Positions 13,871 to 23,567 of a stretch of DNA of 30,574 bases are shown in pieces. The notes under the pieces are model-generated. The model was not told the DNA's origin. It saw only the letters and a program-made list of their open reading frames with translations, and ran no database searches. A program made the position numbers and the translations under genes. Source of the DNA: a virus (lineage: Duplodnaviria; Caudoviricetes); the IMG/VR virus record IMGVR_UViG_3300048850_000065, positions 1 to 30,574 of that record; one strand, written 5' to 3'. The first letter of the stretch is position 1, and every line of letters starts with the position of its first letter.

Positions 13871-14800
13871 ATGACTAATTACATTGGTAAGCTGGTCGTT
13901 GAGAACGCAAAGGTCGGAGTTTCTGTCGACACCGACGCGGACCTGGTGATTGGCGCTGCCGAGTTCAATAACGTCGAGATCCCGTACCAGGTCACCCGCG
14001 TCGGCAAGGCCAATATTTCGAACACCACGATAAGAAACGACCCCAAAATACGGGAGCCGCAGGTCCCTAAAGGTGCATTAGGTTGGCGCCGTCCAGCGCG
14101 CGGAGCTCCCCTTCCGTCGCACTGCCCGAAGTGCGACAACGTATTTGCCTCGATGAATTATCAGTTCTCTGGTGGCTATTTCAACCTTTGGAATAACCAA
14201 GACACTTGCATCGTGTGCGGCTACGAAGAGGCGCGACTTAGCGAGGGGCACTTCCGCTTAACCCATCAGGCAATCGAGATCCTCCGAAGCCCGGAGATCA
14301 CGCGAGACATGGTGAGGAGGTTAGCCGAGCTAGGCGATGACGTCTTGCATGGAAGGCTTCATCCAGACGCAGCGATTGCAGCGGCGTCTGCGCTCCATCC
14401 GACGCTAGGCGATTTTGCCGGCAAGCTACTCGGCTTGGGATTGGGTGCCTATTTCCTATACGCCAGCATCGCAGGCACGGTTAGTGCAACCTGGGACGTC
14501 GCTGAAAAGTTCGGCCTCACCAACCAGGAAGTTGTGACCCAAAAAGTATTGGAAAAGACGCTCGAGGAATTTGGCCGCTCATGGCAAGAACGCCTGAAGC
14601 AGCCAGGCGGGAGCATATTCGACAATGAGCCAGAGGGCGCCCCAATGGCACAAGAGCCCCGCGCACCAGCCGATCATAAAGCCTTCGAATGTGCACCGTC
14701 GAAAGTCGAAAAGAGCAAGCGGCGTTCGGAGCGCCGTGCAGAAGACCGACGCCGCTTTGTGGATCAGCGCCGAGCCTTTGGTCGATCTCGGTCGAAATAG
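13871..14800 (+). CDS. Hypothetical moron protein, 309 aa, with zinc ribbon and hydrophobic segment
   Basis: GGAGG at 13861; CPKC...CIVC; LLGLGLGAYFLYASIAGTV; Arg-rich C-terminus; antisense to the late operon. Confidence 0.8.
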   Translation: MTNYIGKLVVENAKVGVSVDTDADLVIGAAEFNNVEIPYQVTRVGKANISNTTIRNDPKIREPQVPKGALGWRRPARGAPLPSHCPKCDNVFASMNYQFSGGYFNLWNNQDTCIVCGYEEARLSEGHFRLTHQAIEILRSPEITRDMVRRLAELGDDVLHGRLHPDAAIAAASALHPTLGDFAGKLLGLGLGAYFLYASIAGTVSATWDVAEKFGLTNQEVVTQKVLEKTLEEFGRSWQERLKQPGGSIFDNEPEGAPMAQEPRAPADHKAFECAPSKVEKSKRRSERRAEDRRRFVDQRRAFGRSRSK

Positions 14801-14877
14801 CAGCATCACGTATACACATGCCCTGCGACGGTGCATTTCACCTTGCCCTGAATGCGATGCATTGTCTTAGTCTCCTG

Positions 14878-17193
14878 CTACGCGACGCTTGTGCGCTTGT
14901 TGATCGTGGTAATGTTTGCCGAAGCTGGCAGCGCCGATAGCGCCCCGGAATGACCGCGTATAACCGCCTCAAAGACGCAAGGCTGCGCGAAGCGGGCCGC
15001 GATGGCGTTCGCGTTGAAAGCGTTGGTTCCGCCGACGAAATTACCGTCCGTTACCACCAGATCGCGAAGCGACTGCGAGGGACTGTCGATATACACCGCG
15101 TCACCCGTATGACCTTCCGAGTAGAGGCCTTCGATTTTGACGCCGGTATTCCCGGCCAGATTATTGACCGTGTCGGCCTCCCCGTTGTTGAACTCGGAGA
15201 AGCGCACGGCGTTGACGCGGCCGCCGTTAACAGAACGCAACCCCGCCAGCGTAGACCGGCTGCCGGCGCCGATGAAGAACGCTTCACGCCCGGAGAACGC
15301 CTGGTCCACGCCAAACGCAGACAATCCCTCGAATGTTACGACATCGAAGTTCTGCAACAGAAACGCCGAGTAGTTGAAACCCGTTGTGTTCGGGTTTCCC
15401 CAAATGGCATCTTCAACTGTGATGTTGCTGATCTTCCCGCCACGCCATTTGGTCGCGATGTTGCCGCCCCAAATCTTGAAACCGCACTGCCGAGCGCGCT
15501 TTATGATAACATCATGGATGTGGTTGTTGTAGCTTTCGACTTCCGCACCGGTATCATCGCCCGCGCAACGAACCCCATGCTCTGGGGCGTCCTCAATGTA
15601 GAAATCACCAACACGGCAATTCTTGGCGGAGGTGAATAGGATGCCATTGCAGCCAGGGTCGCCAACGATAGCGCTTGAGGACATGCCCCTAATGTCACCT
15701 CCGCGGAGAGACATTCCGTCGACGTTACGGAAGTTTACACCTTTCTCGTAATTCCTGAGCCGGACGTAGTTCACATAGCCGCCGACCTGGGCGTCTGCCT
15801 TTACGAAACTGTCACCGATGATCCCGAGGGTCTTGTTGAAGTTCTTGATGCGGATTTCCCCAATGCGGTTCTCCTGCTCAAGGCTGTTGCGACCGTATAG
15901 CCGCACGGCCCAATCGATGTTGCTCCCATTGTAGTTGTTGAGCTGACTGTCAGCCCACAGGTCGATAAGGTCGCCACGGGCGCCAGTTACCTTGATCGGG
16001 CGCACCCGGAAGCTGCCGGCTGGTAGGTGCAGGCGCACCGTATCGAAGTCCGACCCGTTTATGTGGATCAGGTCAAAACCCGTTAGGCTGCTCCCGATAT
16101 AGCGGAAAATGCACCCCTCAAGGCGCAAGGTAACGTTAGGCGGCGTGGTAAACGGCGCGCTGAAGCAGATAATACGGGCCTTGCGCGAGCGATATGTCTT
16201 GCCCGAGCCGGAGCCACCAGCCGTCATATGCGCAACCCACTTAGCGATCGCGACGTCGTTTGCGGCTACTGTGGAAGTGTTGCCGGAGCCATCGATGCTG
16301 AACTCGTCAAGGTCGACGACGTCGCCGAAGCGCGCTACAGCGTCGCGCGACGCGCTATCCCCTCCGGCGATTTGCACCGGAACGGAGTTGAGATCCGCGA
16401 CAACCTCGGCGGATGTCTTCGTCTCATAGCCGCTGGCATCCGCCTTCTGGCGAAGATAGGTGCTGGCTACTGCCGAAGGCAAGGTGACCCCTGCAGCTGC
16501 GGCCTCAGCTGCCGCTTGCGCCGCCTCGGCTTCGATAGCCGCGGCTTCCGCATCCGCTTTCGCAACTTCCGCCGCCGCCTGAGCGGCCTCCGCAGCGGCA
16601 ACGATGGCAGCACTGGCCTGATCACTCACCAGTCGGAACGTCGAGCCGGAAACGATGCCCATCACGATCATGCCGTCGGTCAGTCCGCCGGCCACAACGT
16701 CATTGCCGCTGTTCGTCTTGATCGTGAGAGCCGTGCCGCCATTGAATGAGACAGTCACCGGCGAGGCCGTGTTCGCCTCGAAGATGTTCATCCAGACAAG
16801 AGCCGAGCCCGACACCGGGATCGAAGTCGTCGCCTGGATGGCATTCGGCGTGCCGGCGCCGGCGTCGGCTGCGATGATGAAGCTGAACGGGAGATCGGCA
16901 ACGCGCGTCCACGATCCAGTCCCGGATGCGCCGTTCTTCCGATAGATGCCGTTATTGGCTGTTGTCGCGTCGCCGATAACCCACGCCATGGTGTTGGCAC
17001 CGCGCGCGAGATCAGCGTCGAGCGCAGCCTTGGACGAATAGATCAGTCCGCCGCTGCTGGTGAAGGCGGCAATGATCCCTTCGAGCCACGCCCCCCACGA
17101 GCGGACATCAGATTTCTTGACCTCGTGAAATCCAGACGACGGCACACCATCGGTTTCGTAGTCGCGAAAGACCTCATTGACGGTGATGGCCAT
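14878..17193 (-). CDS. Tailspike/receptor-binding protein with pectin-lyase-like beta-helix
   Basis: Follows the tail tip gene; N-terminal anchor, Ala/Glu linker, VVDLDEFSIDGSG..ANDVAIAK beta-helix cap, then repeated beta-strand units. Confidence 0.8.
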   Translation of the reverse strand: MAITVNEVFRDYETDGVPSSGFHEVKKSDVRSWGAWLEGIIAAFTSSGGLIYSSKAALDADLARGANTMAWVIGDATTANNGIYRKNGASGTGSWTRVADLPFSFIIAADAGAGTPNAIQATTSIPVSGSALVWMNIFEANTASPVTVSFNGGTALTIKTNSGNDVVAGGLTDGMIVMGIVSGSTFRLVSDQASAAIVAAAEAAQAAAEVAKADAEAAAIEAEAAQAAAEAAAAGVTLPSAVASTYLRQKADASGYETKTSAEVVADLNSVPVQIAGGDSASRDAVARFGDVVDLDEFSIDGSGNTSTVAANDVAIAKWVAHMTAGGSGSGKTYRSRKARIICFSAPFTTPPNVTLRLEGCIFRYIGSSLTGFDLIHINGSDFDTVRLHLPAGSFRVRPIKVTGARGDLIDLWADSQLNNYNGSNIDWAVRLYGRNSLEQENRIGEIRIKNFNKTLGIIGDSFVKADAQVGGYVNYVRLRNYEKGVNFRNVDGMSLRGGDIRGMSSSAIVGDPGCNGILFTSAKNCRVGDFYIEDAPEHGVRCAGDDTGAEVESYNNHIHDVIIKRARQCGFKIWGGNIATKWRGGKISNITVEDAIWGNPNTTGFNYSAFLLQNFDVVTFEGLSAFGVDQAFSGREAFFIGAGSRSTLAGLRSVNGGRVNAVRFSEFNNGEADTVNNLAGNTGVKIEGLYSEGHTGDAVYIDSPSQSLRDLVVTDGNFVGGTNAFNANAIAARFAQPCVFEAVIRGHSGALSALPASANITTINKRTSVA

Positions 17194-17203
17194 TCTCTTC
17201 TCC

Positions 17204-17234
17204 AAAAGCAAAAGCCCCGGCGAATGCCAGGGCT
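17204..17234 (-). terminator. Intrinsic terminator directly before the tailspike RBS
   Basis: Minus strand AGCCCTGGC-ATTC-GCCGGGGCT-TTTGCTTTT then GGAG. Confidence 0.7.
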
Positions 17235-17262
17235 GAAAGATCGATTTCGCTTGTTGCGGTGG

Positions 17263-19374
17263 TTAGGCGGTGACGGTGAAGGCGCCGGTCGCGACTGCTG
17301 CTCCGGGAGTGCCCGAAGGATTGATCGACAGCAGCCAGCCGTAATAGGTGCCGGCCGCTAGTGACGTGACGACGCGGAGATCGGTCGCGCTCGGCGGCCC
17401 GTATTCGGTCGCGGCGAGCGTTGCCGTTCCAAGGTCATTCACCGTGTTGATGTAGATGCGGCAGGCGTAATAGTTGGCGCTGTTCGGCGCGGTCCATTGG
17501 AACTCTGCCTGCCCAGCGGCTGGCGTTACCGACACGCCGCTTACAGGATCAGGCGCCACAGGATCCGCCGTGGCCGTCAGGAAGATGTAATCCGTCCATT
17601 CGGACTTCGTTCCGCCGCCCCATGCGCGCAGGCGCACCTTGTACTCCTCGCCGTCGACGAGGTAGCCTGAGCGAACCTGCGTGGTGCCAGCCTCCGAGAA
17701 CACCGATTGCACGCCAGTAGAGCCGCTGGTGCGGTCGTATTCGAGCTCGTAGGTCAGCGTGTCGTCGACAAAGTCCCACGTTGCATTGATGAATGCCGCC
17801 GTGGCGCCGCCCGAAACGACTTCCGTTTGGATTGTTGCAGCGAAATCGACCGGCACAGGCACGCCAGTATCCGGCAAGGGCTCGACGGATTCGCCTGGCT
17901 CTCCTTCTTCCGTGGCGGCGTTGAAGCTGTACAGGCTCGAGTTCACCAGAATGCCTGAGAACGAAATGCGCATGTTGCGCAGGTCGATCGTCACGCTGGA
18001 CGTGATTTCCACAACAGCCTCGGCCAGCCCCCGCGAAGGATAATGCAGGGTTACAAAACGCCGGTAAGGAATGTCTCGCGCACCGTCGGCCGTGTAGTCC
18101 GCCACCACCGACACCCGCCTTGCATTGGCGCGGACGAAGGTCAGTTTCTGCTTGCGCTGGCAATGGTTGTGGCTCTGGATCGCGGCATTCTCGAAAGTCC
18201 GCGTGCGCTCCGTGTTATCGTCGACGACGGCATACGGGTCGCCGTAGATCGCGGCGTCTTCCGTGATGTAGTCCTTGGCCGTGTTGACGTACCGGCCGCG
18301 CACACCAAGCACGGTGTTGGCGCGGCGCTTGTTCTTATCGACGCGGATGCTGTAGACGTTCTCCGCGGTCAATCGCACATCAGGCGTCACGAACTCGCCG
18401 GCATGTACGCCGATCTTGCCGTCAGCACGCTCGTAGACGACAAGCTCAGCCGCCTCGTCCATGATACGCCCGACTTCGATCGGGTCGTTGCTGGCGCGGA
18501 ACCAGAATCCGCCGTGATAGCGCTTCTCAGTGCCGCCACTGCGGTTCGTCACGTTCTGGTCGCAGACGTTCGCCGCATTCGCCCAATCAGGCAGATACAT
18601 GTTCTCGTAGGCCATCTTCCCGCCGACTGGATGGCAGAGGTGCCAGAGCCGCATCAGCGCCAGGTTCGTCGAGAACTCCCAGGTGTTCGGGTTGTTGGTG
18701 CGGTGCGGGCCAGAGCCACCCTGTGTGCTGTCCTTGCGGGGGTCGTAGAGGAGTGCGCCGTCGCCAACAGCCGAATGTTCCGGCATCTGGTTTGGGAAGA
18801 CGTCGAGGAAGTCTTTCTGGTCAACAGTGCTTACCCGCATGTAGACGGACGCGAGCCCATCGCCGCGGCAGTTGTTATTCCAAATAGTCGGGAATGCCGT
18901 GACGACTTCCGAATAGGCAGTCTCGGCGTTTAAGCCGAGCTTCGTCTTTATGTGGACGAAGCTGGTTCCGTCCTTATCGTAGTGGCCTGGATCGGTGACA
19001 CCGCCGTCGGCGTTGAGCGTTACCTTGTCGTCGTGCAGGTAATGCTGCACAAATCCCTGTATGCGGTGACCAGCCCACACCATGATGTGGTGCGCCTTAC
19101 CACCCACCTCCTCGAGGAAGACATAGTCGCTGCCCTTCTTGGCGCGGCCCAGCACGTAGGCGAGCGAAGGCACGCTTTGCTTCAGGTTGTAACTGCCGTC
19201 GTCTGGTTTCGGCACGGCCGGCTTGGAGGCGAAAGCGCCCTGAAGGGCTGCTGCGCCGAGTGCCAAGCCGCCGTAGATCAGAGCAGACGTGCCGAGATAA
19301 AGCGCGTTCGCCGCAAGCGTCGTGGTCGCAAGCGACGACACGATCAGCGAGATCGTTTCAATGATGCCTGGCAT
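17263..19374 (-). CDS. Tail tip/host-specificity protein (J-like) with C-terminal fibronectin type III domains
   Basis: LYDPRKDSTQGGSG.HR.NNP.TWEFS.N motif; FN3 signatures GEEYKVRLRAW and LAAGTYYGWL.SIN; AGGAG RBS. Confidence 0.85.
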   Translation of the reverse strand: MPGIIETISLIVSSLATTTLAANALYLGTSALIYGGLALGAAALQGAFASKPAVPKPDDGSYNLKQSVPSLAYVLGRAKKGSDYVFLEEVGGKAHHIMVWAGHRIQGFVQHYLHDDKVTLNADGGVTDPGHYDKDGTSFVHIKTKLGLNAETAYSEVVTAFPTIWNNNCRGDGLASVYMRVSTVDQKDFLDVFPNQMPEHSAVGDGALLYDPRKDSTQGGSGPHRTNNPNTWEFSTNLALMRLWHLCHPVGGKMAYENMYLPDWANAANVCDQNVTNRSGGTEKRYHGGFWFRASNDPIEVGRIMDEAAELVVYERADGKIGVHAGEFVTPDVRLTAENVYSIRVDKNKRRANTVLGVRGRYVNTAKDYITEDAAIYGDPYAVVDDNTERTRTFENAAIQSHNHCQRKQKLTFVRANARRVSVVADYTADGARDIPYRRFVTLHYPSRGLAEAVVEITSSVTIDLRNMRISFSGILVNSSLYSFNAATEEGEPGESVEPLPDTGVPVPVDFAATIQTEVVSGGATAAFINATWDFVDDTLTYELEYDRTSGSTGVQSVFSEAGTTQVRSGYLVDGEEYKVRLRAWGGGTKSEWTDYIFLTATADPVAPDPVSGVSVTPAAGQAEFQWTAPNSANYYACRIYINTVNDLGTATLAATEYGPPSATDLRVVTSLAAGTYYGWLLSINPSGTPGAAVATGAFTVTA

Positions 19375-19399
19375 GGTGCTCCTAGCCGCAAATGCGCGG

Positions 19400-19819
19400 C
19401 TACTGGATTTCCCAGGCCGCTAGAGTTTTCGCGGTCATGCGGCCGAACCCGCCGTGCATGCGCACAAGCCAGCCTTGGCCGTCATGGATTGCGCCGAATT
19501 GGCGATGGATGTTGGATGGGCTGCCGATGACGCCGATGGCGCCACGTACGGGCCGCTGGACGCGTTTGCCGTTGATGTTGGCAACGCAGGCCGCCACGAG
19601 CGGAACAGCTCCCTCGTGGGCCGCTATGATGGCGCGGAAGCCTTCGTCGCTGTCGTAAGTGCCTCGCAGGTGCGTTGCCGGATCCGCGTGGCCAAGCCAG
19701 ATCGCCCAATCGGCGAGAACCATGCAGCAGTCGACGTGGCCGGGTTGCCAAGGGCGGGCGTTGTTGTCGGCGAGGAAGGCGGCAAGCGCATCAGCGTGAG
19801 CGGCTACCAGTTGGGCCAC
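19400..19819 (-). CDS. Tail-associated NlpC/P60-like protein (DUF6950-like)
   Basis: PWQPGHVDCCMVLADW...DPA..LRGTY; position between hub and tip genes. Start uncertain. Confidence 0.7.
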   Translation of the reverse strand: MAQLVAAHADALAAFLADNNARPWQPGHVDCCMVLADWAIWLGHADPATHLRGTYDSDEGFRAIIAAHEGAVPLVAACVANINGKRVQRPVRGAIGVIGSPSNIHRQFGAIHDGQGWLVRMHGGFGRMTAKTLAAWEIQ

Positions 19820-20376
19820 TTGATCGTCTGGTCACGCATCAGCGGCACGCGCTTGCAGAACTCGTCGTCGGCCGCGGATGGATTCAGAATAGCCGAGCGT
19901 GCCCGCTGGTCGACGTCGGAAAGAACGGCACCGTTCGTCACAGTGCGGAGCGTGAAGCGGTTGGTGATTTCGATATTCACCATCGATCGGATGCCGTCAG
20001 CGCTCGATTCGTCAACAACGTCGAGGTTGTCGATCTCGCCGGTAAACACGACAATCGGATCGCCGTCGGGCTGCTCGTCCTCGTCGAGGATTTGCAGTTT
20101 AACCACGAACGGCGACCCTTGCACCGAGCTCGTCTCGTCGTAATCCCAAATGCTATCGGCAGCCGATTGGCTGATCGAGATGAGCGACAGCGCCAGCGTG
20201 AACGCCTCGCCGTTTATGGCCGCCTCAATCGACTGTAGCGCGTCCTCTGTGAACTGCGCTGGCCGATAGATATTACCCTCGCCGTCTACGAACCTGCCGC
20301 CCGAGCCATCCCATACACGAATGGTCTCTTCCGGAAGCTCAGCGTCGCAGAGGATGCGCAGCGATTTAATCGGCAT
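19804..20376 (-). CDS. Minor tail (hub-like) protein
   Basis: IRVWDG.G...VFTGEIDN...SDVDQRAR...DEFC...IKWP; position in the tail tip module. Confidence 0.75.
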   Translation of the reverse strand: MPIKSLRILCDAELPEETIRVWDGSGGRFVDGEGNIYRPAQFTEDALQSIEAAINGEAFTLALSLISISQSAADSIWDYDETSSVQGSPFVVKLQILDEDEQPDGDPIVVFTGEIDNLDVVDESSADGIRSMVNIEITNRFTLRTVTNGAVLSDVDQRARSAILNPSAADDEFCKRVPLMRDQTIKWPNW

Positions 20377-20542
20377 TGTCGCCTGCCCGCCCGCCGTCCG
20401 CCTGCTTGCGGAAGATCAGTCGCCAACTGTAGGTGGCGCGCCGAATGACCTGGAACGGCTCGTAACCATTCGCCGCCCACTCATTCAGAGTGCTCTCGAC
20501 GGTCGTGTGCTTGTCCTCAAGCAGGTCAATAACCTTGTACAT
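20366..20542 (-). CDS. Small DUF4177-like protein inside the tail tip module
   Basis: AAGGAGG RBS; ESTLNEWAANGYEPFQV....WRLIFRK pattern. Confidence 0.65.
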   Translation of the reverse strand: MYKVIDLLEDKHTTVESTLNEWAANGYEPFQVIRRATYSWRLIFRKQADGGRAGDNAD

Positions 20543-20553
20543 GCGGCCCTCCT

Positions 20554-21261
20554 TTAGAGGTTCGACCAATAATCAACCGCCTCGACGAAGTTCACCGACG
20601 GCAACGAGAATTTCCCAACCGCATTCTGGTCGATGTCCATGCCGCGGTCCTCCGCCAGGTGGCAGAGGCACGTCGGCTGGTCGAACTCGAGATCGGCGCC
20701 GGCAGGAATAAGCTCACGCACCGACGGTGAAATCGGCACGGTCCAGATGTCGCCGCTTATGCTGGTGACGGGTCCGGTCTCGTACAGCGCATGGTTGTAG
20801 CTGAAGCGCACGCCCACGAGGTTGGCGTCGGCGTTGATGATGCGCAGCCGGATAGACGTGGCGCCTACCGGCGTCACGCCGTCAGTTACGACCGAAATGG
20901 CTCCCTGCGTGTACGGCGTGTCGTCATCAAACGGCGAGTCGTCGCTATGGTCGGTCTCGATGACGGGCTCGAACTTGCCGGAGACATACGGCGCCGACAG
21001 GCTAGACCGGACGCGAACCGCGATCAGGCCGGAGCGGCCGCCGAGCTTTTGGCGGATTGCATTCCACGTTTGCCAAGCCTGGCGCGAGCGGTTCTGCATC
21101 ACAATGCCGGAGTACGTTATGCTCCAATAACCGAGGTCCGTCCTCGTGCTGGGTTCAATGCCGCCTAGCGTTCTGCCGCCCGAACGGGTGAAGGGCACGA
21201 GATCAGCAGAAGCGCTCTGCGGCGTTAGCACGCAGAGCGGCCATTGCAGAATCGAACTCAT
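20554..21261 (-). CDS. Distal tail-like protein
   Basis: TGATG coupling to the tape measure stop; HSDDSPFDDDTPY motif; ends NFVEA. Confidence 0.75.
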   Translation of the reverse strand: MSSILQWPLCVLTPQSASADLVPFTRSGGRTLGGIEPSTRTDLGYWSITYSGIVMQNRSRQAWQTWNAIRQKLGGRSGLIAVRVRSSLSAPYVSGKFEPVIETDHSDDSPFDDDTPYTQGAISVVTDGVTPVGATSIRLRIINADANLVGVRFSYNHALYETGPVTSISGDIWTVPISPSVRELIPAGADLEFDQPTCLCHLAEDRGMDIDQNAVGKFSLPSVNFVEAVDYWSNL

Positions 21262-23522
21262 CAGCGCCACTCCGCTCCTGCTTTATTTTTCTGGTGAGCC
21301 GCCATCGTCGGAACGACGTTCTGGTTTGCAGCGGAAACGATCTTAGGCGCCGCAGTAGCGACTTCCTTCTGCGAGACGGACTGGACAAACGGCAAAAGAT
21401 TTCCGTTGTTGTCTGCAGACACGCCAACCGTCACATGAACCTGCTGCTGGCCTGCGCTGTTGCGCTTCGGAATCGACGGCGTCTGAAATTTCACCGGAAT
21501 GCTGCGGCCATCTGGAAGCGGAACCGCCGCCTCTGGCCCAGCCTCTCCGAAGATTGCTGCCGACTTCGAAACACCGCCTCGTGCAAATTTCTTCAGCGGC
21601 TGCGGTCTGCCGTGAGCAGCGATACCGCCCTTGGCAAACGGGAAGATCGCCCCGAGCAAACCGCCGAGGAGCCCTCCGCTTCCGCCTCCGCCAGGTGCGC
21701 CAAACGGCCCCTTGCCGAGAATTGCCGCTTGTGCGACCGCCTCGATGAGGGTGTTCAGAAACTTGTCGAGCGCCTTGTTGCCAGTCTCGATCTTCGGAAT
21801 AAGTTCGAAAAAAGCGTCGTAGAAAGCATCTCCGAAGAACTCTGCCTGCTCACGCACCTTATCCTGGGTGGCTGCAAGTTTCTCGGCAGCCGAGGATGCA
21901 TTGGCATAGCCAGCCGCGAGGGTGTCGATCTGCGCAGCAAGTTCCGGTGTGATTTCTTTACCGGCGCTTTTTGCTGCATTCAGAAGATCTTGCTTTGAGG
22001 CAGCAAATTCAACGGCATATCCGAAATCATTTAGAAGCGGATTTAGTCCAGCCTGCGCTGCGGTTTCAGCCTGAATGGCTGCGATTCGTTCCTGAATCTG
22101 CTCGATTTCTCGCTGCAGTTCGTCAGCGCTGCCACTACCACCGCCGCCTCCCCCTCGACTGCGACCGCCTCCTCCGCCGCCGCGACTCGGTGGCGGCTTG
22201 AAATCAGGTAAGGAGACTGGATTAACGGCGGCTTTCTTGCGCTTGCCGCCTCTCGTCCTTGGCCCACCTAGAGAACTCGATCCAGACTCGGGCACGGCTT
22301 CGATGCCGTTCTCGCCAAGTTGGTAGCCTTCGACAAAGTCCGGCATGGCTGCAGCAGCGGCCCTGACTTCGGCAAGCTTGCCGAGCACTTCATTCAGGCG
22401 AGCGACCGCCTCGGTGTTATCGAATCCGAGGTTGGTGTTTTTCTCAATGGTCGCCTGAAGCAGCTCGACTTCCCGCTCGAGCGCCTTCACCGCGTCCTCC
22501 GCCGGCTCTTTATCAACGTTTATGACGTTGCCGGCGGCGTCGGTTACGCCGGAGATTCTGTTCAGCGTATCAAGAACCGCATTCAATCCCTCGTTGTTAG
22601 CGAGGAAATTCCTGAATGCCGTGTCGGCGTCCTGAATCTTCTTGATCAGGCCAGAAACGTCGAAATTATCAATGGCGCCGGCTGCATTGTTAATGCCGTG
22701 CGCAAACCGCTCGCTCGCGCCAGTCGATTGATTAAACTCGCGAACAACGTTCGTTAGGGACGTCCAGAGATTGTAAGTGGCCTGCGCAATTGTGAAAGTC
22801 GCATTCGCGGCTTTCTGCTCGAGGATGACGGATCCCGCCTCGAATGCACGGAAGAAGGCCTCGGAGGAAATTGCTCCATCCACAATCAGCTGCTTCAGCT
22901 GGGAAACGGAGCCGCCGGCCTCCTTCAGGCCAGCCGCGGCCGCCTGCGCGATCGTCGGCGCGCCTTCAAGGATGGAGTTAAACTCTTCAGCCTGCACTTT
23001 GCCGCTGCCGAGCGCCTGCCCCAATTGCAAGAGGGCACCGCTGGCGGCCTGCGCGTCTGTACCCGCCACGCGGAGCGCCAGCGCTACGTTGTTGGTGAAG
23101 GTGAGCAATTCAGCGCTGGTGACGCCTAGTTCTTTCTGTGCCTGAGCAGCCTTGCCGTACAGAGAGGCCAGCGTCTCGATCGGTGCGCCATTGGCTATCG
23201 CTGCCTTGGACAATCCTTCGTAAACGCGCTCCAGTTCGGCGCCAGAGAGTCCAGCCACCTTCAGCGAGTTATCGATGCGAGTGGCCGCTTCGGAAAGATT
23301 GCCGAGGCCACGGATAACATCCGTGAAGACGAAGGCACCAGCGACGGCAGCGCCCGCCTGCACCAGGGAGGCAGTCATTGCCTTCCCTGTGGATGCGGCC
23401 TGCTTCTGGATTTGCCCCATTTGGCGGTTTGTTATACCGCGCGCTTTGCTAAGCGAGTTCTGGTAGCCCTTGAGGTCAGCACTCAACTGGACGACGAGGC
23501 GCTCAAGATCGGTTGCAGCCAT
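21261..23522 (-). CDS. Tail tape measure protein (753 aa)
   Basis: LERLVVQLSAD N-terminus; ALLQLGQALGSGKVQAEEFNSILE tape-measure domain; FAKGG/FGEAGPEA C-terminal motifs. Confidence 0.93.
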   Translation of the reverse strand: MAATDLERLVVQLSADLKGYQNSLSKARGITNRQMGQIQKQAASTGKAMTASLVQAGAAVAGAFVFTDVIRGLGNLSEAATRIDNSLKVAGLSGAELERVYEGLSKAAIANGAPIETLASLYGKAAQAQKELGVTSAELLTFTNNVALALRVAGTDAQAASGALLQLGQALGSGKVQAEEFNSILEGAPTIAQAAAAGLKEAGGSVSQLKQLIVDGAISSEAFFRAFEAGSVILEQKAANATFTIAQATYNLWTSLTNVVREFNQSTGASERFAHGINNAAGAIDNFDVSGLIKKIQDADTAFRNFLANNEGLNAVLDTLNRISGVTDAAGNVINVDKEPAEDAVKALEREVELLQATIEKNTNLGFDNTEAVARLNEVLGKLAEVRAAAAAMPDFVEGYQLGENGIEAVPESGSSSLGGPRTRGGKRKKAAVNPVSLPDFKPPPSRGGGGGGRSRGGGGGGSGSADELQREIEQIQERIAAIQAETAAQAGLNPLLNDFGYAVEFAASKQDLLNAAKSAGKEITPELAAQIDTLAAGYANASSAAEKLAATQDKVREQAEFFGDAFYDAFFELIPKIETGNKALDKFLNTLIEAVAQAAILGKGPFGAPGGGGSGGLLGGLLGAIFPFAKGGIAAHGRPQPLKKFARGGVSKSAAIFGEAGPEAAVPLPDGRSIPVKFQTPSIPKRNSAGQQQVHVTVGVSADNNGNLLPFVQSVSQKEVATAAPKIVSAANQNVVPTMAAHQKNKAGAEWR

Positions 23523-23567
23523 TCGTTCTACGCCTTATGATTGATCCGCGCACGAGATGGGGGCGGC

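Noticed and set aside
16487-16610. Imperfect tandem repeats in the tailspike gene
   Set aside because: Explained by the Ala/Glu coiled-coil linker.
22130-22200. GGC/CCG-rich low-complexity repeat
   Set aside because: Encodes the Gly-rich linker of the tape measure protein.
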